Part shown: piece by piece, positions 36,379-49,192 of the stretch
Position numbering within the stretch: position 1 is the first letter of the stretch
How the letters are laid out: each line of letters starts with the position of its first letter
Source: Phoronis australis
Lineage: Eukaryota > Animalia > Phoronida
Reading direction: 5' to 3'
Assembly: GCA_002633005.1 (NCBI GenBank)
Contig: NMRA01000413.1
Span: 51,251-115,250 of the forward strand
DNA: 64,000 nt
Program-made: the position numbers and the translations under genes
The notes under the pieces: model-generated
Database searches by the model: none
Seen by the model: the letters and a program-made list of their open reading frames with translations, nothing else
What the model was told of the DNA's origin: nothing

Positions 36379-36420
36379 ATGAAAGGTGACGAATATTGTT
36401 ATGATCCAGTTGAAAACAAG
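36379..36420 (+). CDS. SLC6 putative first coding exon ([14 protein letters not shown])
   Basis: AAAATGA start, 14 codons, AAG|GTAGGA donor, phase 0 matching the exon at 38672. No homology support for this segment; the ATG at 38735 is the alternative. Confidence 0.6.
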
Positions 36421-39400
36421 GTAGGAATAAATATGGTTTAACTCGCTTTGTTTATAGGTTTGGAATAGTTATTCCATTTTGTGGCAAGAATCAGTGAAAG
36501 ATCGTCTGCCATGGTTTCGATAACAACGGAACCGAGGCAGTTTTGCCGGTATGCCAAGAATTTAATAGACCTAACTGTTAATTTTAAAGTAACTTAGTTG
36601 ATATATCAACGCTAAAATTTAAAATGCTATTTGTTATATACATTTCTTGGCGATTCGCTAAGTTTGTTGAAATATCTTTTTGGTTGTGAAGGTTGTGTGG
36701 GTTCGTTTATTCACGCGCCTATTTTGAGATCGGCAGTGGAAAAGTACTGGCTACGTCACAAGCCACACGTCACTAATATATGCGGGATGTTAATAAGCGC
36801 GCGTATAATTAGGTGTACTTATGGTATTGGATTATTGGAAACTGTTTTGTTTGAAGTATCGCACCAATTGTGTTACCACCAAGAGCATGTCTTTGTTTTA
36901 CATTGGGAACGAAGTATTACTTGCGTTTTATGTTTTATTTTTGCCAAGTGAATTACTGGAATATTTGACATTCCAGCTGTATAGTAGGACTACTGCAGCA
37001 CTTAACTATTGCTCGAATCCTATGTAGTATGTAGACTTTAAACGACATTCTTACGTAATTTTGGTGTATGGTTTGTTTGGTATATGATGGCTTGGAAAAT
37101 AGTCTTTTTAGAGTATCAAAATAATCTGATTTTAGAATTTAAATGCAATTATTTAAGACATCTGTCTGAGTTATTTATTATTGTCATGACAGATAATATG
37201 TAAGTCATGTGGATGACTTTTACAAGTGTCTACAAGAAAAGGCTTACATGCTATTTTTGCTGCTGGTGTGATATAAGACAAGTTGGTCCACCAACACATC
37301 TTTTGTGTAAGCCTGATAAGGTTATTTGCATTCCCTGAGCTAGTAGTTATTTTTTGAAAATAAACTGTAAATCATAAAATCCTACAAGTTCAAATTTACC
37401 TGTCAATCATCTTTGTTCTTTGATCTTTTATATTTTTAATTGAATTTTTTAATTCAATCCTATTAACAAACAATTAAATTTGCCACATGTTAAAACTAGT
37501 CTGTTGACAGCCATGTTTTCTTACCGCTATAAGGTCGCAACTTATTTTGGTCACCTGACCTATAATTCGTAAATCAGTTGAGCACATTCATTGTAGGGTT
37601 ATCGCCTGTGGACGCTGTAGGTGTACAGGCGATGTACTGCATAGTGTAAGATACATTAAAAGATTGTTTTGGTTCTGTGCTATCTCTGTTTACTGTGTGT
37701 CAGTTGTAGGATGATAGCTGTGTGTATTTCATTGGCCAGTTTCATTGAGTTGATAGTGAAACAGAATAATCTCATCCTTGGCGGGGTCACTTTGCTGGGT
37801 CGCTTTGCTTCGTTTAGTTGAGACAGCATTTAGTTGAGACAGCGTGAATCCTTACTTCAAGTCAGTGCATGAGTATTTATTTTCCATATGGCAACTTATA
37901 CTATATTTATTGTATTGTTGAACTTAGTTGTCAGGTTGATGTAATCATTTTAGCAAGGCTCATTTGTGCATTTAGTTCTGATGATAGTGAGTTAATGTGT
38001 TCTGTTAAGTCATGAACTCTGCTCTGACTATAGTCCAGTTACTGGTCGGAGGTTGTCAATATGGATAAATTTCTGACTTAACAACTCCTAGAATCTTAGT
38101 ATTGAGAGAACCAGTTAAATTTAAAAAAATTTTGCAAAACATTCCGGAACTAATTCCGGTGTTCGTTAACTGCCAAAGCCAGTCTGATAGGTTAAACTAA
38201 CTTCAGTTTACATTGAAACTCCTCCAGAAGTGGAGTTAAGTATAAGACTTCAGTTTGACACTGAGCATGTTTACAGAATAGTTTTGCAATGTTATTCTGA
38301 TGGGTTCTGTTTTGTTCTGTTACCTTTTCACCTCTTAGGTCAAGACGCATGAAATGAATTTATGGTAGCTGTCTATTTTAGTAGGCAGAACCTTTGGTCC
38401 GACCTTGAAGCAAAAATGTAGGTTTACATATTGATATTGACTTGTTATTGAGCCTTGTGCTTTCCACTTGGTATGTAGGTAAGTATACAACAGTGATGAA
38501 AGTCTTTACCTTGTGTAGTGTAAACACCTGACTAGAGTCTGTTATCTTTATGGGCTGTTTTGTAAGTTACAGTGACATTGTAAAAGAGTTTCAGCTTCAC
38601 AAAACTTCCAGATAAGCTAATGGTAAGCTTGCAGCACTGGTCAAAGTGGTCAACTCTTGTATTTTTTGCAGGAGATTTTATCTACCAAGTCCATTGCCAA
38701 ATCTGATTCGACAACATCATCTTCACTGATAGACATGAAGAGTATCAGCAGCAGTGGTGACGAGAACAAGGAGAGGGGCAACTGGAGTGGGAAGCTGGAC
38801 TTCTTCCTCTCCTGCATTGGGTATGCTGTTGGCCTTGGCAACATCTGGAGGTTCCCTTACCTGTGTTATAGGAGCGGAGGAGGTGAGCTTTATTAATCTA
38901 TAAACAGATTAACACAACATAATTTTCACTGATATTTTAATGTATTTGTGGTGTACAATTTTTTTCTTACTTAGGAACTTAATCGAATATTGATGTCCTG
39001 TTTCAATGCGCAGCTCCATCTTGTCATATTCTCTTAAAGGTGCGTTCCTGATCCCCTACGTTTTGTTCTTGGTCATCTGTGGAATGCCTCTGGTCATGTT
39101 GGAGATGTCCTATGGCCAGTTCGCCAACTTGAGTCCAATTAGTGCGTGGAGAATGAGCCCATTGTTCAAAGGTAAGGTGTATTACCTGGATTTCCTCCTA
39201 AAACCATGGCATTTTTAATATGGTAAAACCTGATGTATTTTCTTGACGACAAACATCTGTCCATTTTGAAGTAGGGAAGTATTTGCGAGTTCTCATTGTT
39301 TTGCAAACTGCAGCTCTGTGGACTTGCAGGGGTTTACTGAGATTTTGTGTGTGATAAATTATGAACTTGTAATCATTGGTCTTTTTACAGGTATAGGCTG

Positions 39401-42400
39401 GGGCATGGTGATAATTTCTGGGATTGTCTGTATTTATTACAACATCATCATCACGTGGACTCTTTACTACCTCTTCATGTCATTCACTGACATATTGCCA
39501 TGGAGCACGTGTGGTAATGACTGGAACAATGACCTATGTGTCCAGCGTAATGCAACCAATGGTACGATCAATGGCACCATAACACCTGGCAGCTATGCTG
39601 TGCCGACCATGGCTAGTGTTCTGAAACAGATAAACGACTCTCTCCAAAATGAAACCCTGAAGTACCAAACTCCTCTCCAAAATGAAACCCTGAAGTACCA
39701 AACTCCAAGTGAACAGTATTGGCAGTAAGTATCTAAACAATCGAGGGATTTTGGACTTGTTCTTGAAAGTGTACAATTTGACCTAGGACTGGCTGCAATT
39801 GTTATCAGTGTTTGGCAATGTCTATTTGCTGTTGTTATCACTGAGTACATGGCATCCTTCAGCTGACCTAAAAACATCCTGTTTGTTGTTATCCAGGCAT
39901 TGTACATATTTTTCTTGGAAGCTCCTGGGGGCACACATATGTAGTTACATAACCTGGTCTGTACTCACACATTGTGAGAACATTGAGTTGGGTGAAAGGA
40001 AAATTAATGTGCTCTCTTGAAAAGAGGCATATTCTGATAATGTGGGATAGGTCAGTTGAAAGTTATTGGGTTTCTGTTGTTCAATAGAGCTGTCACTGAG
40101 TACTCATATTGACTAAAATGTAAAGTTAATAAATTACTCACTGTTTTAATTATGTTTGTTTACTTTTGTTGTGTGGGAAGATGATCCAAATGCACGTTGA
40201 ATTTCGCTGGTTGTATGGGTTGGCTTGAAAAATTAGAAAACAAGGTGCTGGATCAGTTGTTTGTATTTGAGGGAGATTGGTGCAGCTCCGTTTGAGTCAT
40301 CACTCTTTTTGTCCACCTATTATTTGTTGCCTCAGTGCATATCTGAGCAATGTTTATTAGCTAACTTAATGTGATCATGTGAATGCCTGTGCAATTTGTT
40401 GCCATGGTGTACTGAAGGGGAATGCAAAACAAAAGTTTTGGAACTGAAATAATTGGGAAAATACCAGTTTTCTATTTTACTGTGAATGATGTTTGGTGGG
40501 AGCTTACAAATCATGCTAAAAATCAATAAAAATTTTCTGAAAATGTTTAGAAATTTGGCAATATGAAATTAACTGCCATATTGTGTCCAAAACTGAATGA
40601 TTTGTATGGTAGACCCCTACTTCTTTTCTATGTATTGCTGTACCACAAATATTCACTTTCCAGTCAAATATATTCTCTATCAATTTTATTCCCTAAAATA
40701 GTAACCTTATTGTTGAAATTGATTTCCAGGCGTCATGTTTTGGAAATCACCGAGGGCATTGAAAATGTTGGATCCATCCGCTGGCAGCTGCTGCTCTTTC
40801 TAATGGCGGCCTGGGTTGTGGTGTTTCTCTGTCTGATCAAGGGAATTAAGTCATCTGGAAAGGTAGGCCTTGTTTATCTTCTATTTTAAAGTCTGACCTA
40901 ACTGCTATATATAGCGTACTGAGTTCTATGGTATGACTGGGTTAGCAAAGATATGTTTGATATAATTAGCTCTTAATTTATTAGAATCTCTTAGGATTTT
41001 ATTCCCAGTATTTAATTACTGAACTTCAGTTTTATAAGTGCACTCTAGTGTATTTAAATCAAAATAAATTGGAAATGTCCTCGCAACTTTTTGCTTTTGC
41101 TAACTGGAATAATGATTGCAACATGCTCACCAAAAAGTCTTTTGGCAGGTTGTCTATGTAACAGCAGTTTTCCCCTACCTGGTACTTGTCATTCTGTGTG
41201 TCCGTGGTGTGACACTTCCTGGGGCAATGGAAGGAATCAAGTTCTATCTCATTCCTGATTGGTCGAAACTTGCCACATTCAAGGTAATATGTCCGTTCAC
41301 CAGCTGCATTTTGAAGTATTTTGTTCGGAGATCATATGCTTTCAAACTTAACTACTGCAAGCTCTGTAATTGTTTTGATGGAAGGAATGTGATTCTTGCT
41401 ATTTGAGCCAGTGGAAACCTATTCAGGTTTTTGTGTCATCCACCTGCTGCAAGACGGGTGGTGCTGTTACAATACTAGCTTGATACAATACCCTCTCAGT
41501 GGTCATTTGACTCAGAATAAAGTTACTGTGACATGCATTAAAAGTGTTTTTACACGGCAAATAACAAGTTGGTATTTGCATTTAAAACTGTGTGTTCTTT
41601 GCCTAGGTGTGGGGTGATGCTGCCTGCCAGATCTTCTACTCAGTCGGTGCTGCCTGGGGTGCTATGATCACCATGGCAAGCTACAACAAGTTCCAGCACA
41701 ATATCATGCGTGATGCCATCGTGGTGCCTCTTATCAACTGCGCCACAAGCGTCTTTGCCGGTCTTGTCATCTTCTCTATCGTTGGATACATGGCACAGGA
41801 GACCAAAGTCTCTGTAGAGGAAGTTGTCACACAAGGTACGTGCTCAATAACTGGTCTAACTTTAAATACAAGCATGCACTCATAATCAAACACTCTTGTA
41901 GTTAAGTTCTCACATGTACGTGTAGGTGAATTGAAAGAATTGTACCTTTTCACTCTTCCTGTATAGGTTGAGCTGCTTCATCTCACATTTTGACCTGTGA
42001 TTGCAAACCGCACCTCTTGCCTTTGAAAAGCTGTTCTTAATCATTTGTGTTCATGACATAGGTGGTTGTTGCTAAGTGCCAAGCCACTTTGTTAAAGAAC
42101 GGCAATTCATATACAGGGGTCCCTGGTTAGTCTGGTTTATGCTCGCTTTTAGTGGAGAAAACCTGTTCTCAAAACACAGGACTATTAAAAAACCTTAATT
42201 AGGTAATAAATGTAGCTTTTGAAAAGACACTTGCCAAAAATGATGCGGGTGTGGGATTTTTAAATGGTGATAGGCATCTTTTAAGATGACTCTTTTGAGT
42301 CGCTGGACAGAATTGTGCATGTGTAATAATAACATGTTGTCATGTTTGCTCCAGGTCCAGGGTTGATCTTTGTGGTCTATCCAGAAGCTTTGGCCCGACT

Positions 42401-45266
42401 TCCCATCTCTCCACTGTGGTCAGTACTCTTCTTTATGATGGTCTTCACTGTGGGACTGGATAGCCAGGTAATCCATTCGTTTCTCAATCCTCCTACTTGA
42501 TTACATTAGTTACTACATACTCCAGGCTCACAGATGCAAGTTGTTCTTTTGTTGATACGAGTCTGATGTATTAGAAGAGGTTCACCATTGCCATTCCTAG
42601 TGGGGTAAAGTGTCATTGGATACGGTTTATGAGATGAGGTTGTTCTAGAACTCAATGACCGATGGGCTAAGCTTGCCTGTCAAAGTAACAGTTGAATGGT
42701 ATTTTGTTGCGGGTGAGATAAATACACGCATGCAGCTCTTTGTTTCACCCCCAGAACTCACATGTGAATGGAAGGCGAAGCTTTGTCAATCGGTCGACAG
42801 GCAGGCATTTCACTTGGCTGTCGCTTGTGTAGAGGCTCCTTATGCGTCTCGCTGCTGCCACTGCTTGCATTACCCTGCTCTAGCAGAGTGAAAGTGTGTG
42901 CATGGAGACAGTCAGTGCTCGTATCAATGAATAGTTATGTAAAATTTGTCATGACCACGTCTGTATGGTATGAGTTTTGTTACTGAATTTGCATTTGTGA
43001 ATTGAACTTTTGAGGTAGTTTGCAATTGATTCTACTCTTACACTGAGCTGGTTTTATTCAGCTGTCTGCAGTCACTTCCCAGCAATTGTCTGTCAAGAAA
43101 AGAAAACTTACTTAGTGAATCAGTGAACCCAACAAACCTTTAAGCTTTCATCATTAACAGTTATATTGTTAGTGGTAGGCCAATACAGAAATGAAAGCAC
43201 GAACCATGAATGATTTTATTAGGTTTTGTCCATTGATGGATGTTTGATAGATGCCATTTATCATGTGTTCACAAAATAATTTCCTTTGATAGCTGGTTGC
43301 TGTGCCAACCTTGCCCTTGAGACACATGCTGTAATGAGACTGTAGTGGCAGCTGAGAATCTTTGTTAAATGTTAATTAGAACATGTCATCTGTGTTCCTG
43401 GAGGATGTGAAATGTGATATCTGCATAGTTACAGCATCCTCTCTAGATTGCCACAAGACACTTATTTGACCTGGTTGGTTTTTTGCTCAATGTCTTCATA
43501 AATTATGCACAGTTGCACCACGTTTTGTGCTCATGTGTATCATTTTTATTATCCAAAAGTGTTCATCTGATGTTTTCACTTCAGTCTCAGTAACAAAATA
43601 CTTTCAGTGGTATATTTTGTGTGTCACAAAGGGAGTATCCTGTAGTCTGTATTCAGACACCATGTTTTATCAAAGGAGAGTTGACTTGCTTAATCAATGA
43701 AAAGTTTCACCTCACTTGAGCCAAGTATTCAGACACCAACAAAACCTGTTCTCTTCTTTGGTCTCTAACCTCTGTGAAGACAACTGGAAATTTGATGTAA
43801 CATGGGTGTCCACTGCATGACTTTGACCTGTGAAGATGCACTGTTGATGCTCTTGTTGGTTCTCATTTGTATTATGCTGTGCAACAGTGAAGTTGAGAGC
43901 GGGGATCTTTTGGGCTTACTGAATGCCATTTTTTTACAAATTTTTATGATGAAAACTATGGATTTGTTCTGAATTTGAGAGAGGAAATCTTTTTAGGCTT
44001 CATTGAGTGTCATTTTTCTCAATTTGTGTGCTAAAAACTATGGATTTTTACTTCTCAGAATATAAGTGTTGCTGATATAGCGATATTTTATCAAATTAGG
44101 TTATATTATTTGAGCGCGACATATTTTGTTTCTGACAATTGCCCTATTATTTAGTCTGGGATTTTGAAGGAAAACAACATACTCTGCTCCAAGGTTTTAT
44201 GCTACTTTATTGAAGGAAACCTACCAAATTTCATTCACGCGATTGTATTCAGTTGTCAACAGCCCATAGACTAAATAAGTGTTTTTTGAACATGCAATTG
44301 CAGTTTCTGTTCTGAGAGCTGTCTTATCTCCTTTCTTGCAGTCATTTTGTGCCATCAGAGATTTTAATTGCCATGATTCATGAACTTGACTTCCTTACAT
44401 TATGAGAAGCCTGTACTGTACAGCTGGCCTTTTCGTCATGGAAAATTCCACAGCTTTGCTTAGCCAACCAGCAGTGTTCATATGAATAACACATGGCTGT
44501 GATTATCTGATATGTCATTGATTTTCTCTTCAGCCTTGTGTAGTAGTGTATTACTGTGTGGTTTAAATAGTTTTTCTATAAAATAGTTTTTCTAGTTCAG
44601 ACTATTGGCAACTGGCAAAACGCAAATTGATCCTTTCTAAATAAGATAGCACTGTTGAGGATTTGAACTGACATTTTTTTGTGATTAGCTAAACACACAA
44701 AACTGATAATACAAAAGCAGATAGTGGTCAGGAAATGTGTTCACAGCTCTTCTTTGGAGCAGAGTTATGTTGTTAAGCAATTTTAATCAGTTACCAAATT
44801 GGTATATGACACGTGACGTAAAGTGTTCTCTGTGCTGATTTCATCATGTGTTATATGTATCAATGTTCTTTTAACTCTCTTTCCCGAAGGATGCCGGTTA
44901 TAGTGGTTGAAGCTGCGTCGTTCGCCGCCATGCGAGGTGCCGACCAATGCTACTCATTGCTAGGTTTTTGAACTCCCGTGTAAATACATAACTATTGTAC
45001 ACTGTGTAATGGTGTGATTAGGAGGGAATGGTTTCATTGAGGCACAAGAATCCGCCAAAACCTATGTTCAATCATACATGGATCCAACATGTGTTTGTTT
45101 GTGGTGCACTCCCATATGAAAGCAACTACTCAGTATTGACCGTTCTTATCTCCATTTGCCCACAGGAGTTGCTGTTCAATTGACATTGTGCTTATCAGTT
45201 GATGAATATAGCCAGCCATTGACTGTGTTTGTAACACTGTGTTGGACTGCTCAGTTGGTGCTGGGC

Positions 45267-45311
<45 letters not shown>

Positions 45312-48300
45312 TGACCCATTCTATCCTGCGCTGCACTCTCCACTCCCAGCCCATGTGACTGGTTCATTTTCTCCCTTTATAAAAACCATTTAGAGAAACA
45401 GTTGCCATTTGTGATTTGAATCAAACTCGAAGCTCATCTCAGTGAGCTGTGTTTTATTGAATTTATTATTAATCAAGGTTAGCTGGACAGCAAGCATAAA
45501 ATTTTTGTCCCCTGCGTTTGTTTACCTGCGATCCATGCAGCAGCAGAATCAAGCCAGACACAAGAAACCCTGTTCTCTCCTAATCACAGCCATTCATTTG
45601 ACATTCAAGGCATTCCAGCTTGGTTTACTTTGTATAACTTGTCACTGTCTCACTCCATCATGTGCAAGTCACCACTTGAGTTATTTAGAAAAGGGCCTTT
45701 TCACTAGTTAGTGAATAGACAAATTTGAGCAAAATATTTCAAATTGTTCGTCTTTTTCTTTTCAAGTAAACTCATCTTGTCGAATGTTTTTAAGTAGTGT
45801 TTAAGCTGTGTGTTGTTGAGTTTAGGTGACTTGCACTGTCCCTGAAGAAATCCAAAAGTTATTTCGAACTCAGTTCTGAAAAAAGCAATAAAATACTCGC
45901 AGTCATTTCACTGTGTGAAGTCTTGTTATAAAAAAATTGTGTGTATTTTGGTGTCTTTATGGGTGGCGGCTGAAGTTGTGATACGGTAGCCAATATCATT
46001 TGGATTTCTTGATATTTTCATTCATTCTACCAAACACCAATGCTATAGCCATATTTTCTATTCTGGCCATTTTTTGTCACTGCAGAAGGAACAGCCTGTA
46101 ACTTAATCAATGCGTTTATGGAGTGCATCAAGCATACTGGAAAACTGGCCTTTTGTTCACCATGCACGCATATATGGTATAGCTCGTTGTGTTTGGCAGA
46201 ATAGGCCATATCTCCTTCCCCTAAGAAATTGTCTTGCCTACCCTCGGGTGGCATCATTCAGAGTTATCTATAGCCATATGTTTTCAATTGTAGTTTGGGA
46301 TGTTTGAAACTCTAACCAGTGCATTCATTGATGAGTACCCTAAACTATTGAAGAACAAGAAGATGATCTACACTGCCTGTCTTTGTTTCGTTGCCTTCCT
46401 CGTTGGAGTTCCCATGGTTACTCAGGTATGACATTTTGTGATTACTTAGCATTTTTCTTCCACTGAATTGGCCATGTCTGGATTTACAGTAAAATCTCGA
46501 TTTAAGACACTAAATGTGAAATTTTATTTTATTGTATTTTTAATATATGTAGTACCAAATTAACACTTTCCATGTTCAAGTTCTGAGACATAGCTACCAT
46601 GTGATAATTTGAAAAATGTGGATTTTGGCAATTAGTTTTGTTTGAAATTGGTGAGATTTTACTTTTAGTGAATTCTTGCTAAACCAATTTCTTCATTAAT
46701 GCTGCGGTTGATGTTGACGTATGTCACAGTTGACACAAAATAAATCCTCGTTTAATACAAAGTTGCTTTGATTGTACCTTCTCTTTTTGTTCTTTTTGTG
46801 TGCATTGTGACATTGGCGTTTGGAATGGTTTAATCTGTGCCTCAGTCTCAGTTTTGTAGGGAACCAAAAGTTTTCATTGCTCCTGATTTTATTTTATTTT
46901 ACCTTCCTGTTTACCTATGAATATATATATTTGAGTGTGTGTCCCAAACGGAGTAACATGATTATAGTTTAGTGTATTTGAATTAGGTAACAATGACGTT
47001 CCATATACTTGTATTTATTTTTGTGATGTCTGGCTTTGAAACTAAACACTTAAACCCCGGGTGAGTGTTGTGTTTTTCTGCCGAGCCCAATAACCAATAT
47101 TCAGGTAAAATTTAATCTCTTCATTGCGCGATGGTTGGCTTGTTTCTTGCTGAGAATCTTTGTACAAAGCCCGTAAAAACCTATTAAGAAGGTAAGCATG
47201 TGAGGTGGTAAAAGATTGCTACTAGCGCCAGTTATTTTTAACCGTTGGTTTTGTTGCAGGGTGGTATCTACGTTCTCCAGATTATGGACTGGTACAGTGC
47301 TGTGTTCTCACTAATGATTCTCTCCTTCATGGAATGTGTTGTTATCTGTTGGGTTTATGGTAAGTGTTTTAGCATTCTTCAACCATTGCCATTAACAGAA
47401 ATGCAGCTAGGGCAATGTAAATATCCATATCCTTGACTTTACTGTCAATTTTGTAGAGGTGTACATTTAAATAAGGTTTGTGCTTACCAGGGTGTCAAAT
47501 TGGAAGGAGTCAGAATTAAGGCGTGGGGAGAACTGTATACTGTAACATTTACAGTTGCATTTTGTTGCTGTTTAAACTGTCAATGTTGAATTCTTAGCGA
47601 CAGTACTTTGGGTTTGAAAACAGCAATCCTATCACGCTTATCCAATCTTAGAATTATTGCCCAATGAGCTGGCAACTTTAGTAGCCACAGGCAATGCATA
47701 CATGCGTTGTTTTCAAATTTACGATTTTAGGTTTGAGTAACCCCAATGAGCAAATGTTTTCTTTTTGGTTACAGAAATAAAAACCTTTCATGGTAGGGAA
47801 TATAACGAGACCAGAATTTATTAGGGTAAAACGTCTTAATTTGATTTTTGTTTCTTAAACAGCAAAATACAGCATAAATTAAACCTACAATCATTTTTTT
47901 GTTGAATTTTTGAGCAATTTCGTTTTTCAATTTTTGATTGATGAATTATGTCTTGAATTTGTTACCAACTCGTTGCCTTATGCCTTTTCTAATCTATTGC
48001 AGGAATCGACAGGTTCTTCAAAGACATCGAACTGATGATTGGCAGGAAGCCGTTCATGTATTACAAGATCTGCTGGTGTTTCATCACACCATCTGTAATT
48101 CTGGTGAGTGTTGTTCAGTCCAGTATATTACACATGTTAGATCATCTGATATGTATGTGCTTTACTGTTCCCATGCATTTAACTGATTCCTTGACATGTC
48201 AGTGCTTTTAATCTTCAAGAATATGAAACTTAGTAATTTCATGTTTAATAAAAGAATATCCACTTCAGTTTGTATTTAAAATAGTGGGCGTGTTTTTGAA

Positions 48301-49192
48301 GCCCACTGTTCAGTTTTGTCTTTACATGTGCAGAGTTATGGCTGAAGTGTCTTGCAATACCAAGTCAGCGGAGGTCTTGGTACATGAGGCTAAAAGTGGA
48401 CGATTGTGTGGGGGTTAAGTGTTTAGTGTTGAGTGTCTGGTATCCAGTGGCACACCTCTACTTACACTGGAATTGATAAGTTGAAGTTGACTGTTGTCTG
48501 TGATGATGGTAGTAATCATCTGGCTTACCTTTCAGTTTGTGTTGGTGTTCACATTCGTCAACCACAAGCCGGTGACCTATAATGACTATGTCTACCCTGA
48601 CTGGTCTATTGCTGTTGGCTGGTTGCTTGCTCTTGTCTCCCTTGCCCCCTTGCCCATTATCGCTGGTCATCAGATATATCATGCAAAGGGCACGTTCATT
48701 GAGGTAAGCCCCGTCTTTGTTTGCAATTTTAGGTTTAAATATCACTTGGGTTGCTGTCTTTTTAGGTTTTGCTTGATAATAGTGGGCTTGTCTTCTTAGA
48801 CATCTACATTTGTTGGAAAATCCGTTAAAGAATTAGACTATTAGTCCTGAGTTATTGACCAACTAAAACATTGATTGCCACTATTGACAAATGTCTGGGA
48901 TTTTGATTACTTAGCTGTCATATTGGTTTATGTAAAGTTTACTGTCTATTATGTATGGTGACTAAAAGCACTGATGAATGTTTTCTTTCAGCGAGTTCGG
49001 GAGCTCACCAAGCCACACCCTACTTGGGGCCCCAGTGTGCCAGAGTTTCGTCAATTGTATCTGGCTTCACTGACCCCAACGGAACGTTCGCGAATGATGA
49101 AGTGCATTTTGCCTGCTGGATCACTAAGTACTATGTCAGATGAGGAGAAAGGATTCTGTGAAAATGACACAGAGACCGTGTCCTCTGTTTAA
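36379..49192 (+). CDS. SLC6 sodium- and chloride-dependent amino-acid transporter, glycine-transporter-like (SLC6A9/A5/A7/A14 branch); join(36379..36420,38672..38882,39040..39171,39391..39724,40730..40862,41149..41283,41607..41835,42355..42467,46294..46425,47260..47359,48003..48103,48536..48703,48992..49192), 2031 nt, 676 aa
   Basis: All introns are GT-AG with consistent phases. SNF motifs: [89 protein letters not shown]1 has Gly rather than the monoamine-transporter Asp. Confidence 0.93.
38672..38882 (+). CDS. SLC6 exon (N-terminus, TM1)
   Basis: ttttttgcAG / GTGAGC; [10 protein letters not shown]. Confidence 0.93.
39040..39171 (+). CDS. SLC6 exon (TM2)
   Basis: AG / GTAAGG; GAFLIPY...EMSYGQF. 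Confidence 0.93.
39391..39724 (+). CDS. SLC6 exon (TM3, extracellular loop 2)
   Basis: ttacAG / GTAAGT; GIGWGM..YYN..LPWSTC..PSEQYW. Confidence 0.93.
39642..39707 (+). repeat. In-frame 33-nt tandem duplication ([11 protein letters not shown] x2) in the SLC6 exon
   Basis: CTCCAAAATGAAACCCTGAAGTACCAAACTCC repeated at 39642 and 39675. Confidence 0.97.
40730..40862 (+). CDS. SLC6 exon (TM4)
   Basis: ccAG / GTAGGC; IRWQL...KGIKSSGK. Confidence 0.93.
41149..41283 (+). CDS. SLC6 exon (TM5)
   Basis: gcAG / GTAATA; [10 protein letters not shown]...RGVTLPGA. Confidence 0.93.
41607..41835 (+). CDS. SLC6 exon (TM6-TM7)
   Basis: ctAG / GTACGT; [18 protein letters not shown]...NCATSVFAG. Confidence 0.93.
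42355..42467 (+). CDS. SLC6 exon (EL4, TM8)
   Basis: ccAG / GTAATC; [38 protein letters not shown]. Missed by the ORF track. Confidence 0.93.
45272..45309. repeat. (CTG)12 microsatellite in an SLC6 intron
   Basis: Perfect CTG run. Confidence 0.95.
46294..46425 (+). CDS. SLC6 exon (TM8 end, TM9)
   Basis: gtAG / GTATGA; [16 protein letters not shown]...GVPMVTQ. Missed by the ORF track. Confidence 0.92.
47260..47359 (+). CDS. SLC6 exon (TM10)
   Basis: gcAG / GTAAGT; [14 protein letters not shown]...WVYG. Confidence 0.93.
48003..48103 (+). CDS. SLC6 exon (IL5, TM11)
   Basis: gcAG / GTGAGT; [16 protein letters not shown]...CWCFITP. Confidence 0.93.
48536..48703 (+). CDS. SLC6 exon (TM12)
   Basis: ttcAG / GTAAGC; [15 protein letters not shown]. 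Confidence 0.93.
48992..49192 (+). CDS. SLC6 last coding exon (C-terminal tail ending ETVSSV*)
   Basis: tttcAG acceptor; [10 protein letters not shown] motif typical of the GlyT/PROT branch; TAA at 49190-49192. Confidence 0.9.
   Translation, partial: RVRELTKPHPTWGPSVPEFRQLYLASLTPTERSRMMKCILPAGSLSTMSDEEKGFCENDTETVSSV

Noticed and set aside
44860-44990. CpG-rich patch in the long SLC6 intron with a minus-strand ATGGCGGCG
   Set aside because: The frame closes after 23 codons; more likely a SINE or other repeat remnant, which I cannot classify without a search.
45130-45354. Minus-strand poly-Ser ORF with a nearby TATA-like sequence, as a nested gene
   Set aside because: The poly-Ser comes from the (CTG)12 microsatellite, TATA-to-Inr spacing is too short, and there is no other coding signal.
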